From NCBI RefSeq assembly GCF_009914755.1, contig NC_060934.1: a stretch of 64,000 bases of DNA; one strand, written 5' to 3'. Shown one piece after another: positions 1-17,425 of this stretch. The DNA comes from the human T2T-CHM13v2.0 reference genome, Homo sapiens. A program made the position numbers and the translations under genes. The notes below the pieces were generated by a model that was not told where the DNA came from, made no database searches, and saw only the letters and a program-made list of their open reading frames with translations. Positions within the stretch are counted from its first letter, which is position 1; each line of letters begins with the position of its first letter.

Positions 1-90
1 AATAATATAAAAAATTAGCCGGGCCACTGCACTCCAGCCTGAGTGACAGAGCAAGACTCCGTCTCAAAACAAACAAACAAACAAACAAAA
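1..90 (+). mobile_element. Alu 3' portion (window edge) with ~100-nt internal right-arm deletion and (AAAC)n tail
   Basis: aaaattagccgggc joined directly to cactgcactccagcctg...gtctcaaaac(aaac)n. Confidence 0.9.
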
Positions 91-1515
91 ATACACACAG
101 GAGAATGTGAGGAGCTGAGTAGTACAGTTTTCTCGGAGTACACGTCTATTAAAGGGAAGCAGTAGGAAGTAAAATAGAAAAAGGTAGGCTAGGGCCGGAC
201 CATGAAGAGCTGAGAATGCCAAGTTTAGAAATTTGACCTTGAGTCAGTGAACTCATGTTTTACATTTAATCTTTTGGTTACCAATTTTTTTTTGTACCAT
301 CATTGGTTTGATTTTTAAAATACAGTCACTTTGTTTTCTAAGGATTTTATGATATATGTTCAAATCTTGAGTTAAAGGTAAATAGAACACAGTTTGGGTT
401 TTTTTTTGGCATATAAATGGTTGAATTTCAAAATTATATTTGTGTTACAAACTTTGTTTTTACTCTCTGCCTTCCAGCATTTGCAAATAACCATTTCTCT
501 TTCAAAGGAAATTCTAGTATGTATTCCCATTCAATAAAAGCAAAGAGCTGAGCTCTATATGAATAAGAGGTAAAATTGAACATGAAAATTACTGAGCAAG
601 ATTAGTGGGGGATGAAATGGATGAACATTGGGGAAAGCTGTGATCCTTGTTACCTTTGCTATAGTGCAATTTGGAATGGCTTCTTTATTCCTGGCAATTC
701 CTGACAGCATTTCTTTTAAACCTGGCCACCTTTCCATTGCCAGCTCGACCTTGATGTTAGCTGGTGCTGCTACTGCAAGGGCTGCCTTTGGCAGGAAGCC
801 TTCAGTCAACTTTCTGGGCTCTGGTTTTGGCTCTGCACATGCCTTGCTGAGAAGACCTTAAGAATCTGAAATGTGGAGGGTCATTTTGGGGTAGGGAAAT
901 GTGGTGGCAACTCTTGAGTTTTCTGCCACGATGTAACTTAACAGATCCTCTTGTTTTTCCTTAAATGGTACAAGGGTTTGCACCGAAATGGTAATTCATC
1001 TGTGTCTGTGATGCTTTAAAAAATAACAGTTTCACTAATGTGTCACAACATGTATTATTTATCATTTTAGTAAATGGATATTTTAACAAGCAACAATTTG
1101 CAAATTTAAGCATGGCAGTTAACATGATCTGACATTAAAAAATTAAATAATCTCCTGCCATCTTTGTTATCAGCCTTGCATTAAGGATTTTAGCCCTTCT
1201 GGGAGCTTTTATTTTTTTGTTGACTCTGACTGATGATGGCAGATTGTGGTAGTGATCAGAGCTATGCTTTTATAAATTATTTTTTAGTTGGAACAATATT
1301 GGCATGTAACGTGGACTGGCAGAATTAACATTGTTTATCATTACCAGTGTTGTTTTGACAGATATTCTCAGTTCTTTAAGGAAGCAGATAGGGAATGTCT
1401 GTAATGGACATCTGCTGTCCACTATAGGTTGCCCAATAATGAGTCCTGGTAGGTTCTACCTTCTGCTGTGGAAGCCAGCAGAGTTCAAATGGGCATTTTC
1501 TGTTCTTGCCTCCTA

Positions 1516-2004
<489 letters not shown>

Positions 2005-2049
2005 TTACTTTTGTACATTTCGCACTGATACCTCTAACCACCTTTTGTG

Positions 2050-3373
<1,324 letters not shown>

Positions 3374-3577
3374 TAGACTGGAGTGGATTTTAGAATTTAG
3401 CACACTTTCCCTTATTTATACTCTGCAGGTTTCAAGCATACAACTTGCCAGCAATTACTGTGTTGGCTGAGAAATTTGAAATTTTACTAGCTTGAACACT
3501 AAATTTGTTGATGTAACATACAGCTAATAATAAAGGTCACGTCCCCATATTGGCATGAGGGACCCCTTATGAATTAG

Positions 3578-4872
<1,295 letters not shown>

Positions 4873-5029
4873 TTGCCCTTTAATCATATTATTATTATTA
4901 TTATTATTATGGTTAAAACATTAATTGTGTAATACTGAAAAGTTTAGGAAATAATATGACAGATTTTGATCAGGTCTTAAATATCTTCCCAATAGGCCCT
5001 ATGAGTAAGGCATAAAAAGCTTGAATTAA

Positions 5030-5338
<309 letters not shown>

Positions 5339-5807
5339 CTTAATCTTGTTCCTATCAATCTTTCCAGCTTTACCTTCCCCAGCATGACTTCCTCTTATCC
5401 CCTTCCTATGTCCAAAGATTCCCTAAAAATATTCTAGCTCTGTACCATTCCACACACTGCTTTTTTGTTGTTGTTGTTGTTGTTGTTTTTTTTTGCCTGA
5501 AATATGGGATATGTACCTTTCCCTCTTGTTTAACCTTGTTTTTCAGACTCCTTCTTTTTCTTTTCCTTTAAAGACTCAGCCCAGATGTGAAAATGTTCCA
5601 GTCAGCCAGTCAGCTGCTTTTCTCTCCTATAGCCTCTTAGGTACAGCCCAGGTTAGCACACTTGTCTGAAAGTATTGTGAGGACTTTTATAAACCCCCTC
5701 TCTCCAGGACCATATGCTGCTAGATCACCTAGCTTAGCTTTGCCTTTTTATTCCTCTTTGTCATGGGCCTACCATAATATCTAGTCCATAATATTTGTGT
5801 ACTTTAG

Positions 5808-6114
5808 TTTTTTATTTATTTATTTATTTTTGAGATGGTGGTCTTACTCCATCACCCAGGCTGGAGTACAGTGGCACGGGATCTCGGCTCACTGCAACCC
5901 CCGCCTCCTGGGTTCAAGCTATTCTCCTGCCTTAGCCTCTGAGTAGCCGGGACTACAGGACACGCCACCACGCCCAGCTAATTTTTGTATTTTTAGTAGA
6001 GATGGGGTTTCACTATTTTGGCCAGGCTGGTCTCAAACTCCTGACCTCAAGTGATCCACCTGCCTTGGCCTCCCAAAGTGCTGGGATTACAGGCATGAGC
6101 CACAACACCCGGCC
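5808..6114 (-). mobile_element. AluS (Sz-like)
   Basis: Perfect 15-bp TSD tatttgtgtacttta (5792-5806, 6115-6129); (TTTA)n tail. Confidence 0.95.
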
Positions 6115-7755
6115 TATTTGTGTACTTTAAACGATTATGGGTAGAAAGAAAGAGCAAATGCCTTTTTAGAAATAAGATAACAGAACTTTTTACCAATTGT
6201 GCTTCCAAATATGCTTTCTCTTCTAATTTTATCTGCTAAGATTTTGGCAGCTAATTGTAGATTTTATGAACTTACATTGGGTTGCCTTTGTCTTCTGTTA
6301 TAAAAGCAATAATTAGAGGAAATGATCCTTTTGAGAGGTTGTTTAATGAATTCTGCTTGTTTTAAATGTGCTGCTTTAAATCTTATTTCACGTAAACTGT
6401 ACTAATGCCCAAATTATCTCACCCTAGATCAGCATTGAACCAAAGTATTATGATGATTAATTTCCTTCTGTTAAATCCCTTATAGTCTTTTCTTTGGTGT
6501 GTGTGTGGGGTCAACAATCAAAGAAAGAATTTATTGACTTTACATTTAATATGGTTTACTCTACTTGATTATATTGTTCAAGTGTGAATTTGTGTATGGT
6601 ATAAGATTATGCCATACTGGGATTCTATTTTCTGTTAAACAAATAGCTTTGTGTTTTATTAACTGCCAGTGTTTAAATTTAATGGTTTAAGATTTCAGAG
6701 AGCCCTTTTTGTAAGTATTTGAAAGTTTTTATTATAATCCTGAGCCTAACCTTCTTCTGGTTTCACTGCATCCTTCTCCAGCCTTGAAACAAGCCCTGGC
6801 ACAGACGCAAATCCTGGCGTGCACCACCTCTTCCTCTCCCCCGCTCCCCACTCTAACATGACAAGAAGTGTCTGTCCCAGAAGTAATCTGATTGTGCACC
6901 TAGAGTACCTGTTTTCTGCCTGGGGAAGAATGCACACTGCTGGACCTAGAGCGGTGGCAAAAGTGCCCTCTCCACTGTGGGGGCCACAGTGGTAGGCACA
7001 ACCCTTATCCCTCAGCCCCATTAGTTAATTAAGTCATTTTACCTGCATTAAACTTTACGGGCAGAGAAAATTCAGTAAGTCACCACTACCAGGTGACTTT
7101 CTTTTTTATGTTACCCCCTAGCAAGGCATGTAGTTTGCATCCTACAGAATATAAAAGATGGGGCCAGCATCTATTCTGTGTCTTAGCAGTGAACTTCATC
7201 CAATAGATACTTGATTTTTAAATACTTTCACCTTGTGTCATGATTAAATCACTAAACAGGAAGTTTCAGCTTTTCTTTAAAGAAGTACATCCTATTAAAA
7301 ATTTAAATGTCTTCATAACTGCTTACGCTCAGTAAATGAACACTAGGAATCTATAAACAGGAATCTATGGCTCTAAAAATTGAAATTTTGGGGGCTGTTT
7401 CATTCTTTAGAACTTGAAAACGCCATAGGCAATTAGCTATAATTCATTTGCAGATTATTTTTGCCATGTTAAATTAGGAATTTTAGCCATAGCAAGCATA
7501 ACAGACAAGCACACTTTTAAATTATTTTGTTCAGCAAAACACCATAGGCCCTTATATGTGTTTGCTGGAATTTTTCTTTGTCAACAATAAATCTATATGT
7601 TTCTTTAGTTAAAAAAAAAACAGCAACAAAGTGTTTATTGTAGAATGTTTACTTTTTAAACAAACGTGAAAGGCATTGGTACAAAAAGGGAAAAGCACCT
7701 AGGATTTGGATCCTCAGTGGGTCCAGGAGTACAGCTTCCTTGTTCTGCAGTTACT

Positions 7756-7878
7756 GGAGGCAGTGTGGTGAGGGGAAGGATGTGGGCTTTGGACTGAGCT
7801 GCTGCTTCTACCTGTGCTATGACTTTGCACAAGTTAGGAGTAGCCTTTTTGAGCTTTGTTTTCTCCTTAGAAGATGAC
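7756..7878 (+). mobile_element. MIR fragment
   Basis: ggaggcagtgtggtg...tgtgggctttggac...gactttgcacaagtt...gagctttgttttctc MIR-like core. Confidence 0.6.
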
Positions 7879-7978
7879 TAAGATCATGTTTGCACATAGC
7901 ACATGACACAAACTCATGATACTGGTTTTGTTTTTTCTAACATTGTCTCAGTGGGTCTTCACTGCCTTCTTTCTACAA

Positions 7979-8068
7979 TTTTTTTTTTTTAAGGGAATAG
8001 GGTCTTACTCTGTTGCTCAAGGCTGGAGCGCAGTGGCTGATCATTGCTCACCATAGCCTCAAATTCCT
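7979..8068 (-). mobile_element. 5'-truncated AluJ right-arm fragment
   Basis: Poly-T then ggtcttactctgttgctcaaggctggag; flanking near-repeat ttcactgccYtctt acts as TSD. Confidence 0.8.
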
Positions 8069-8380
8069 ATTCACTGCCCTCTTATATAGTGGATAATGTG
8101 GGCGTTAGTCTCATGCAGTTAAGAGAACAGGTTCAAAAGAAGTTTTGAACTGTCTGTTTTATTTTCACAAGGCCAGTCAGTGACAGAGAAAGAACTTCCA
8201 CTTGGGTGTCCTGGCTCTGTGTCCCATGGTTTTCCTACTGAAATACTATTACTGTGCTATAGCAGAAGAAAGAAGGCTAAGACAGTTCTGTGCTTACAGT
8301 CACCTTCAGTTTCAAATGTAATCATATCCTGGGGGAGGGGAAATGAAACTTTGAGTTTCATCTCCCAAATCATTCCTTTA

Positions 8381-8739
<359 letters not shown>

Positions 8740-8773
8740 TCATGGAAACAACTATTTCTAAAATTCTAAATGA

Positions 8774-9148
<375 letters not shown>

Positions 9149-9255
9149 TGAATAATTTTTCCTTAGCCTGCAGTGTTTAAGTTGGGTTTTGAAGGTTTTG
9201 TTACTCAATAGTCACCCTTTTTTGGGTGTAAGTTTGTCCTCTACTCCTGAGTAAG

Positions 9256-9801
9256 TAAGTGACCTTAGGGCAGTATTACCATGAAACAGATCTCACAAAT
9301 AACATTGATACCAACATCATTATTTTTGGTCAAATGTTAAATAGTTAAAATTTGTCATCCTAGTCTATATTGAACTAATTTGAAATACCTTATATTTAAG
9401 CAAACTTTATTGTTTTTAACATAGCAAAACAATTAATAAAACTTTAAATCAATTACACATGAAACAGTAAGAAAGCAGTGCAAGATTAAAATCTCTAGGT
9501 AAGTGTTCTATAGTGTATAAGTAAGTTCTGTAGAACTTCAGAAAAAAGAGAGGTCAGTAGGATTCTTAGAGCAAAGTGTGATTTTATCTGTACTTTGGGT
9601 CAGAATAACTTTTCTGATTTTTTTTATTACTAACATACCTAAACACAGATAATGTTAACATTAATTAAGTGACCTTAGGGCAGTATCACAATGAAACATC
9701 TCACAAGTAACATTGATACTAACACAATTATTTTTAGTCAAATGTTAAATATTTAAAATTTGTCATCCTTGTCTATATTGAACTAATTTAAAATATCTTA
9801 T
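9256..9801 (+). repeat. Dispersed direct repeat, ~137 bp x2 (9256-9393 and 9666-9801), ~90% identical
   Basis: Hand alignment: 11 substitutions and one 2-nt indel. Confidence 0.92.
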
Positions 9802-10530
9802 TGAAATATATTATTAATTAATTCATATCAGACTTAGCTAGAGACACCTAATGTTCAAAACAGAAAGTAGAGGTGGATTGGGCCCAGTTGGCTCCAGTTG
9901 CTCAGAGGATGTGGTCAGTGCTGTTTTTGTACATCTTGAGCTCTGCTCACTCTGTCTGCGAGTAGGTTTTGCGTTTTGCTTGTTGGCTGTCTTGTTGGGG
10001 GTGGGAAAATGGCTGCCCATACCTTCTGCCAGGTGGGCAACCCCAAAGACTTTTCTTTTCCAGCGCACGTGTAGGAGCAGCCTGTTGGAGGCATGTGCCC
10101 ATGCTTTAGACTGTCACCCAGGTCATGAGGACTGTGGTTTGAAGAGTGTGCTCACTCAACTGGCTAGGGGGTGAGGGCACTGTGTTTGACAACTGTCAAG
10201 GACTAGCGAGGTTCCCAGATGAAAGGGGGTGATATACCAGAAGAAGAGGCATGGGTGGGAAATGTGCATAGCAGTCCCAGCCAATAGCTATCACTGCCTA
10301 CCACATAGTGCTACAAAACAGCGTAAGAATTATTCATTGAGTGCAAATGTTGGGGGAGTGGGGGTTAAACAGAGACCTATTCTAAGTGATTCTTGACTGT
10401 TTGTCCAGGTGTCATTCCTTGTTATAGGAGTTTTAAAAGCAGAAAATTCTCAACTGCTCATTCACCTAATACTCCATGAAAGTATATATTCTTGAGTGTC
10501 CTAAGTGTGTGTCCTTTGAAATGTTTATAT

Positions 10531-10593
10531 ATATAAAAGATATTTTAAGTATAAAATCTTAAATATCTTTTACACTTAAAATATCTTTTATAT
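10531..10593. repeat. Perfect 20-bp inverted repeat (AT-rich hairpin)
   Basis: atataaaagatattttaagt (10531-10550) is the reverse complement of acttaaaatatcttttatat (10574-10593). Confidence 0.92.
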
Positions 10594-12736
10594 TTTATAT
10601 TTGTGCTTTTATAAGTTAAAAAATGTGATCACCATGACCCTCTACTTGGATGTGACAACCCTCCATTTTATAAAATAATTACCGTTGAATCAAAATTTTT
10701 GCTCAACGTATGCTATCCAGTTACCTGTCAAAGCCAACTGAATGAATGATGAAAAGGTTCAGATCAAAAGCAACTGGCTTAACTTCACGGAGGTTTTCAT
10801 GCTTTAATTTAAAATGTGTCTATGTCTAACTGATTATCTCTCACATTTTATAAAGAAATATTGACGTTCTGTAAAGTATGTAGTGACCTCACTTCTGGCT
10901 GTGTGGGCAGGTTTCACTGCAGGCCTCTGAAGCATTGATATTCCTGTAACCTTTGAGGCAAGATGTGTGTGTAGTGTATTAATGAGCTGATTGAAGTGAT
11001 GTACAGTAATTTCATCCTTGGGTAAAAACAGATGTGAAAGATTCTGTTTTAATATTTAATCAGCCTCCAAGCCTCTGTTGGCTTGTTTAAGTTGACCTGA
11101 CAGCATTATACCTGGAAACACTTTGAATTAAACTCTGAGTGCTTGACCTTGTTCAAACAGTTGTAATTTAATAAGGCTGCTGTCTTGGTGGAGATAGTGT
11201 CGCTAATAGGCAAATCCTCTTCTGACTGGGATTGTTCTGTTTGTGAGTGCTGGGGTTGGAGAGATTCAGAGATTCTCATCAGTTTGTGGGGAGGAACTGG
11301 GATTTGAAGAAGTAAAAACAAATCTAAATTAAGAAAGTGTCTTTTAGAAGATCTTTAAAAACTTTTATTTTAATTTTTAGACATATAGAAGTAATGTTTT
11401 TAATGTCATTTTGATTAGGCTCATTTTGGTTGAAAGGAATGGAAAATCATTTGTTAAAAAGAGAGCTGGAAACTTGTCAGAAATCAAAGAAGTGCTAGGA
11501 GGACTGCATACTCACTCTGGCTCTCCTTGTCCTCCTGTCCACCCATCCCTCCACCCACCCATCCGTCCCTGCTTTTCTCTGTCTCTGTCTTGGGCGTCCT
11601 CTGCACGATAGCCTGTCTGCTCTCTCCTTTCTTCTGTTGGCTCCCTCAATCTCTGTTTCGTGTACTTCTCTCTAGCCCATAGCTCCTCTTTACTAATCAT
11701 TTCTGTTCTCTCATGCCATCAGTTTGCAGGGGCTCTTGGTAGTTTCAGCTCTCTTGTATCCTTTCAGCTCTAAGTCTTGCTGTCAACAAGTTTGTTTCCT
11801 TGTTCACGTTCCAGTTAGCTGGGTCTGAATGGCTCTCCTGATCTTTTTTGTGCCATATCCAAATTGCCCATGCTTTCCAAAGCAGGGGGAGCTGTGGACA
11901 AGACAGTTTTTGGCTTGAAGGAAAGATTAGTTGGGGCAAATACCATGATTTGCCCAATATAAATGCGTGTAGATATATATTTTCTGGTTCTAAGAGTACC
12001 ATATGCTTACTGGGGAAAAATGAGAAAATTTAAAAAACTAATAAAAATACAGTTAAAATCTCCTGTAAACCGACTATTCAAATAGCTAAACTACTTTGGT
12101 GTATTTCCTCTGATTTTTTTTGCTTGTTTATACATAAACATAATATACACAGTAAACATCCCAAAATTTTAGAATCATAGTGGTAACATTTTAAAGATCT
12201 TCATATCTACTTGTTACCAGTGGCATCTGTAGGAATACTCTGGCTGTCAGGCCTACGTTAAAAACTGTGGTAATTTGGTGTGAATCTTTTATTAATTCTT
12301 TCCTTTTGACTAATATTAAGTGTGGCATCATTAATCATGTTATATTATCTTCACTTTGGCTTGCATTACTTATCAACTCCTTTGAGAAGAGTTAATATTA
12401 TTTTCATATTTCACAGTACTTGACATATTGTCTCATACTTAGTAGATGTTCAGTATTTGGTCTATAGTTTCTGCTTAATTTTTATGAAACTTGATTTCTG
12501 TGAGTGGGCAAAATACATTCATAAGGTTCCAGCTCAGAAGAAGGAAAAAGTAACAATGTATAGCACTAAGAATATTGGAAAACAACGGGGAAATATGCTA
12601 ATTGCTTTTAAACGAACAGGGATTTTGGCAGTATTGTGGTATATGAAGGGTCTCCTGTAGGAAGCTGACTGGCTCTTCTCTTTTAGGAGCCCTCCCAGGG
12701 TGGCATTCATTACCTTGTCGGATTGCCATGGTCCAG

Positions 12737-13307
12737 TGTGGGTAGCAGAATCCTGAGAGACCCCCAGTGACCCTGCCCTTTGTATTATATCTTCCCCTTT
12801 GAGTATAGGTGGAACCTATGCATGTTTGAGATATCACCCATGATTCTACTACCTTGCTTGGCAGAGGGAGACTATCCAGGTGGGCTGATCTAATCACACA
12901 AGCCCCTTAGAAACCATATTCTCCAGCAGGTGGGAAGAAAGAGTGATCTGAAGCATGAATAGGATTTGATGTTGACTGCGAAGATGAAAGGGACCATGTG
13001 CCAAGCAATGTGGGTAGCTTCTAGAAACTGAGCATGGTCCCCAGCTGGCAGCCAGCAAAGAAACAGGGACCTCAGTCCTACAACCGCTAGGAACCGAATT
13101 ATTCTAACAACCTAAACGAGCTTGGAGGTGAATTTTTCCTAAGAGCTCATGGATAAGAGCAGAGTCTGGCTGACACCTTGATTTTGGCTCTGTGAGACCC
13201 TAAGCAGAGAACCCAGCTGAGCCTGACTGGATTTCTGACCCACTCAGCTGTGAGCTCATGAATGGGTGTTGTTTTAAGCCACTGTTTGTGGCAGTAAGAC
13301 TAATATA
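12737..13307 (+). mobile_element. MLT1E-family solo LTR (ERVL-MaLR)
   Basis: tgtgggtagcagaatcc... start; gccagcaaagaaacagggacctcagtcctacaacc; gacaccttgatttt; gttgttttaagccact...ctaatata end. Confidence 0.85.
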
Positions 13308-13700
13308 GTCCAGGGTCTGGCTAATTCTTAGCTTTGTCAGATTTTAACTTGATTTTCTGTGGATATCAAGGGTGGAGCTGTCTCTCAGGGGTAGACTTAC
13401 AGGAGCCTAGCTGAAGAAACTGGTGTATGGAATCAGGAGGCCAGCATATTTATTTGTTTATTTACCTGAAAAGTAAATGTTCCAGGGACTGAGATACTCC
13501 ATGTGGATGGTCAGTACATTATCTCCCTTAAGGCAGACCTGTGTAGGAGGCCAGGTGTGTATTAGTGAGCATGGCATCCAAACCATGAGTTAGATGAGCA
13601 CAGTTTCCATGGCATCAAACACCTGTCTCACAACAAGGATGGCCTTCTCTATGTCTGGACAATGTTTAGATGGGTACTGCCAGCTTCTCTGGAGACTCAC

Positions 13701-14125
13701 TGTATTAGTTTTCAATTACAGTGTAACACATAACCACAAGTTAGCAGCTTAAAACAATGAAAGTATATTATCTCACAGTTTCTATGAGTCCAGGCACAGG
13801 TAACTGGGTCCCCTGCTCAAGGACTCACCAGGCTGAAATCAAAATGTCAGCAGGGATGTGGTCTCATAAGCTCACTGGTTGTTGGTGGAATTCAGTGCCT
13901 TATGGTTGTAAGACTGAGGTCCTCTTCTCCCAGAGGCTGCCCTGCCACATGGCCCTCTCTACAATGTAGCATTTTGCTTCTTCAAGGTCAGCTGGAAAAT
14001 CTCCCACACACTTTTGGTCTTTACAATCTCTGACCCCCTTTAAAAGCCTAGCCCTGTGTATGCTCATAGGGAGAGATTGTACAGGGGCCCAAATCTTGAG
14101 GGCATTGTAAAATTCTGCTCCCACA
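13701..14125 (-). mobile_element. MLT1 (E-like) solo LTR
   Basis: tgtattagttt...ttagcagcttaaaacaa...tctcacagtttct; ends aattctgctcccaca. Confidence 0.82.
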
Positions 14126-15067
14126 CTTGCTTTCCCCTCAGCATCCCTTGATGACTGGCCAGCTTTCTGTTTGACACCTCCTTTCTTTAGCTGTGTTAAT
14201 ATATCCAGTCTTTGGGAGTCCAGGCTTGGTTGGATATTTCACATCTCTGAAGTGACTACATAGTTCTTCTCACATTCAGTATGTATTGATTTTTAAAATT
14301 TAAATTTGTGAACTTAATCACACCTTTATTTCTGTGATCCTCCCCCCTTTAGTAACTGGGGAATGGGATGAGGAGGAATTTCTTCATCTTAGTTTCAGAA
14401 GTCTTCACAGCAGTGGCCTCTATTTGTAGTTTGATGGTCTAAGGAGTTTAGATTGTTAGAGAACTTCTACCTTCACTAGAATTTTGAAGACGTAACTTAA
14501 AATTACACTTACTAGATGTAGAAACTGGGGAGACAAAATGAGTTATTTGCACAGTTAAATTATTAGCTAGTGAAGAAGGGTTTTTATTTCTTATTTATAT
14601 CCTGCCTTCTCTCAATATGATGATGTCCAGTAAAAGGCATAGATAGTCTAAAAGTGAAGCAATTAAAAATTTTTCTATTATGGGAATTTGACAGTACAAA
14701 AAAACACAGATGTCCTTGCCCATTAAAGTGAACACCAAGGAGTCCAAAATATTTTCATGAGGTAGTTTTTTGCCATTGCCTGTCAGTTGTGAGAGATCAT
14801 TGCCTCAGGCCACAGCGACTAGGTGTGTGGCAGAGTTAACCTGCCTGCTCTCTAGGGAAACCGTCAAGAAATGGGCAATAAATTAATAAGTAGAAAGTGT
14901 TCTCTGAGCTCCAGGCAGTTGTTGATTGACTGATGGAAAAGGTAGGCGGTAGGCTAATAGACGATGACATCCAAATTCAGCTGTTGCCTCTCAGCTGAAC
15001 CCAACCCTGGGCTTCTGCTGCCTTTTGCTCCTTTTCCCTGAGTGGTGGTGGCCTGCAGGTTAAACAG

Positions 15068-15204
15068 GTGGGCTTGGGAATTGGGCTGCCTAGGGTAAAT
15101 CCTCATTCCCCCATTTAACTCAGTCTGCCAGACTCTGTTTTCTTGTCTGTAAAATGAGGGTTAAAAGAGAGTCTCTGTAAAGCATTTAATACGTTGTTGG
15201 GCAC
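15068..15204 (+). mobile_element. MIR fragment
   Basis: ctgttttcttgtctgtaaaatgagg core; tgtaaagcatttaa. Confidence 0.6.
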
Positions 15205-15423
15205 TAGCGGTGGATTAAGGAGAAGAGGGCTGTGATGGGAGCTGTCAGCCCCAGCAGGCAGGAGTTAGAATTGTCTGGAATTGCCGGTGTAGGGTGATAA
15301 TAAAAAGCAAACTGACTCTTGGTCGGTTTATTACTATTTTTAAATTCCCTACTGACAAGGCCCTCCCTATTGCCTGCACTCTGAGTGGACCACTCCTTCC
15401 ATCCATGCCTTGCAATGCCACTG
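15205..15423 (-). mobile_element. MER97-like hAT-Tip100 DNA transposon fossil
   Basis: Reverse complement reads cagtggc...gtgcaggcaatag...aataaaccgaccaagagtcagtttgctttttattatcaccctacaccggcaattc, matching the remembered MER97 5' consensus; degenerate terminal inverted repeats. Confidence 0.6.
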
Positions 15424-15648
15424 TCTTGCACATAAGGGCTCAAAAGTGTATGCTGTTGTTGCCCTTCTCACATTTCGGCTGAGGTGTATATTTTCATTAA
15501 AGAGGATTATGTAGAAAAATTGGTTTAATAAAAATGATGAGACTTTTTAATATGGTTTGTACACCATTAAGAGTGAAATATGGCAAAATCTGGTCTGAAA
15601 AATAGGAAAAAATATAGCAATAACTGATTAATAGAAAACCATAGGATT

Positions 15649-15936
15649 GGCTGGGCACAGTATCTCACACCTGAAATCCCAGCACTTTGGGAGGCCGAGG
15701 CAGGTGGATCACCTGAGGTCAGGAGTTCGAGACCAGCCTGACCAACATGGTAAAACCCCGTCTCCACTAAAAATACAAAAACTAGCTGGACGTGGTGGTG
15801 CACTCCTGTAATCCCAGCTACTCAGGAGGCTGAGGCAGGATAATTGCTTGAACTCAGGAGGCAAAGGTTGTGGTGAGCCAAGATCGTGCCACTGCACTCC
15901 AGCCTGGGTGATAGGGACTCCACCTCAAAAAAAAAA
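15649..15936 (+). mobile_element. AluSx-like
   Basis: Full dimer, ggatcacctgaggtcaggag. Confidence 0.94.
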
Positions 15937-16943
15937 TCTTTTTTTTCCCTTTTTATATTTTTGTCTGGATCCTAAATATTGGGACATTTGAAAGATGTGC
16001 ATATTTAGTTTAAGCAAATTCTGGTGGATTTGGTTGGTTCTCTCTGTAGTAAGAGTAGAGAAGAATGGTAGATGTGAAAAGAATATATTCTGAAAAGAAT
16101 ATGGGATAAGAGAAAATCAAGAAGGCAAGAAAATAATCATTTCCACCCTTTTATCTACTTTGAAATCACCACTTTTCTTACTTTGGTCTTCTGTTTCCTC
16201 TATAAACTATGCTTAAGAGACCAGAGTGAGCAGACTTCTTCGTGAAAACCTGAGCTTGGGAGTTGGGATGGTTTACAGTCTTGGCTTCAGTCCACTTTTC
16301 TGACTTAACACCCAGACCCCTTTCCGGCTAAATTTATTGTCTCCTGTTCCTGCTGGGCCTTTCTGGAGCGTCCGCCTCTGGAGTGCCCTCTGCTCTTGAG
16401 GTCCCAAACTGCCCATCCCACACCTACCTGGTCACAGCTTTGCAGTTTAAGTCCCCACATGCCAGTGACTGCTTCCTTTCTGGACCCCTTTACTGCATTT
16501 CAGCAGTGCTGTCAATCCTTCCTTTAAATTTATGTCACTGGTTTGTAGGGCTCATTCTTCCAGCCTGCAGACGTCAGTTGAGATTCCACTGTGATCAAAG
16601 CAGGATATTTAAGTTCTGCAGCGGGTGGGCTGCAAGTGGTAGAAATAGTTATTTTCTTGCCTTCCTGAATTTCTCTTGTTCCATTCTCTTTTCAGGATAC
16701 ATTCCTTTCACTACAGAGAGTTGTCTGCTCTCACTACAAACAGAACCAGCCAAACCCACCACGATTTGCTTAGACATAATGGGCAAGAACTTTCAGAACA
16801 TTTGGAACTTTTCAGAACATTGGGTGGTCTTAGAGACTAGCCAGTACAGAAATCTCTTGAGAGGGTGTTACTGTGTTCCTTCTGGACACCTCCAGTTTCT
16901 GATTTGGCTGTCCTGTTTGTCAGCAGTACATCCTTCATATTGA

Positions 16944-17361
<418 letters not shown>

Positions 17362-17425
17362 TGATGGCTTTTCCAATGCAAAACATTGCAATAGTTATTC
17401 CTTTGAACCTTATAAAATTACTGAT

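Noticed and set aside
555-861. Possible processed pseudogene
   Set aside because: No recognisable parent protein in the frames I read, and no poly-A tail or TSD.
6699-6710. 12-nt microexon (cag|AGAGCCCTTTTT|gtaagt)
   Set aside because: Poor pyrimidine tract and no supporting context.
9256-9801. CRISPR-like array or paired LTRs
   Set aside because: Only two long copies in eukaryotic DNA; no TG...CA ends, primer-binding site or TSD.
10747-10833. ATGATGA...CTGA resembling a box C/D snoRNA
   Set aside because: No convincing terminal stem or rRNA-complementary guide; the motifs are expected by chance.
16383-16943. Longest ORF (186 aa)
   Set aside because: GTG start, Cys/Leu/Phe-rich random-looking composition, no recognisable domain and no exon context.
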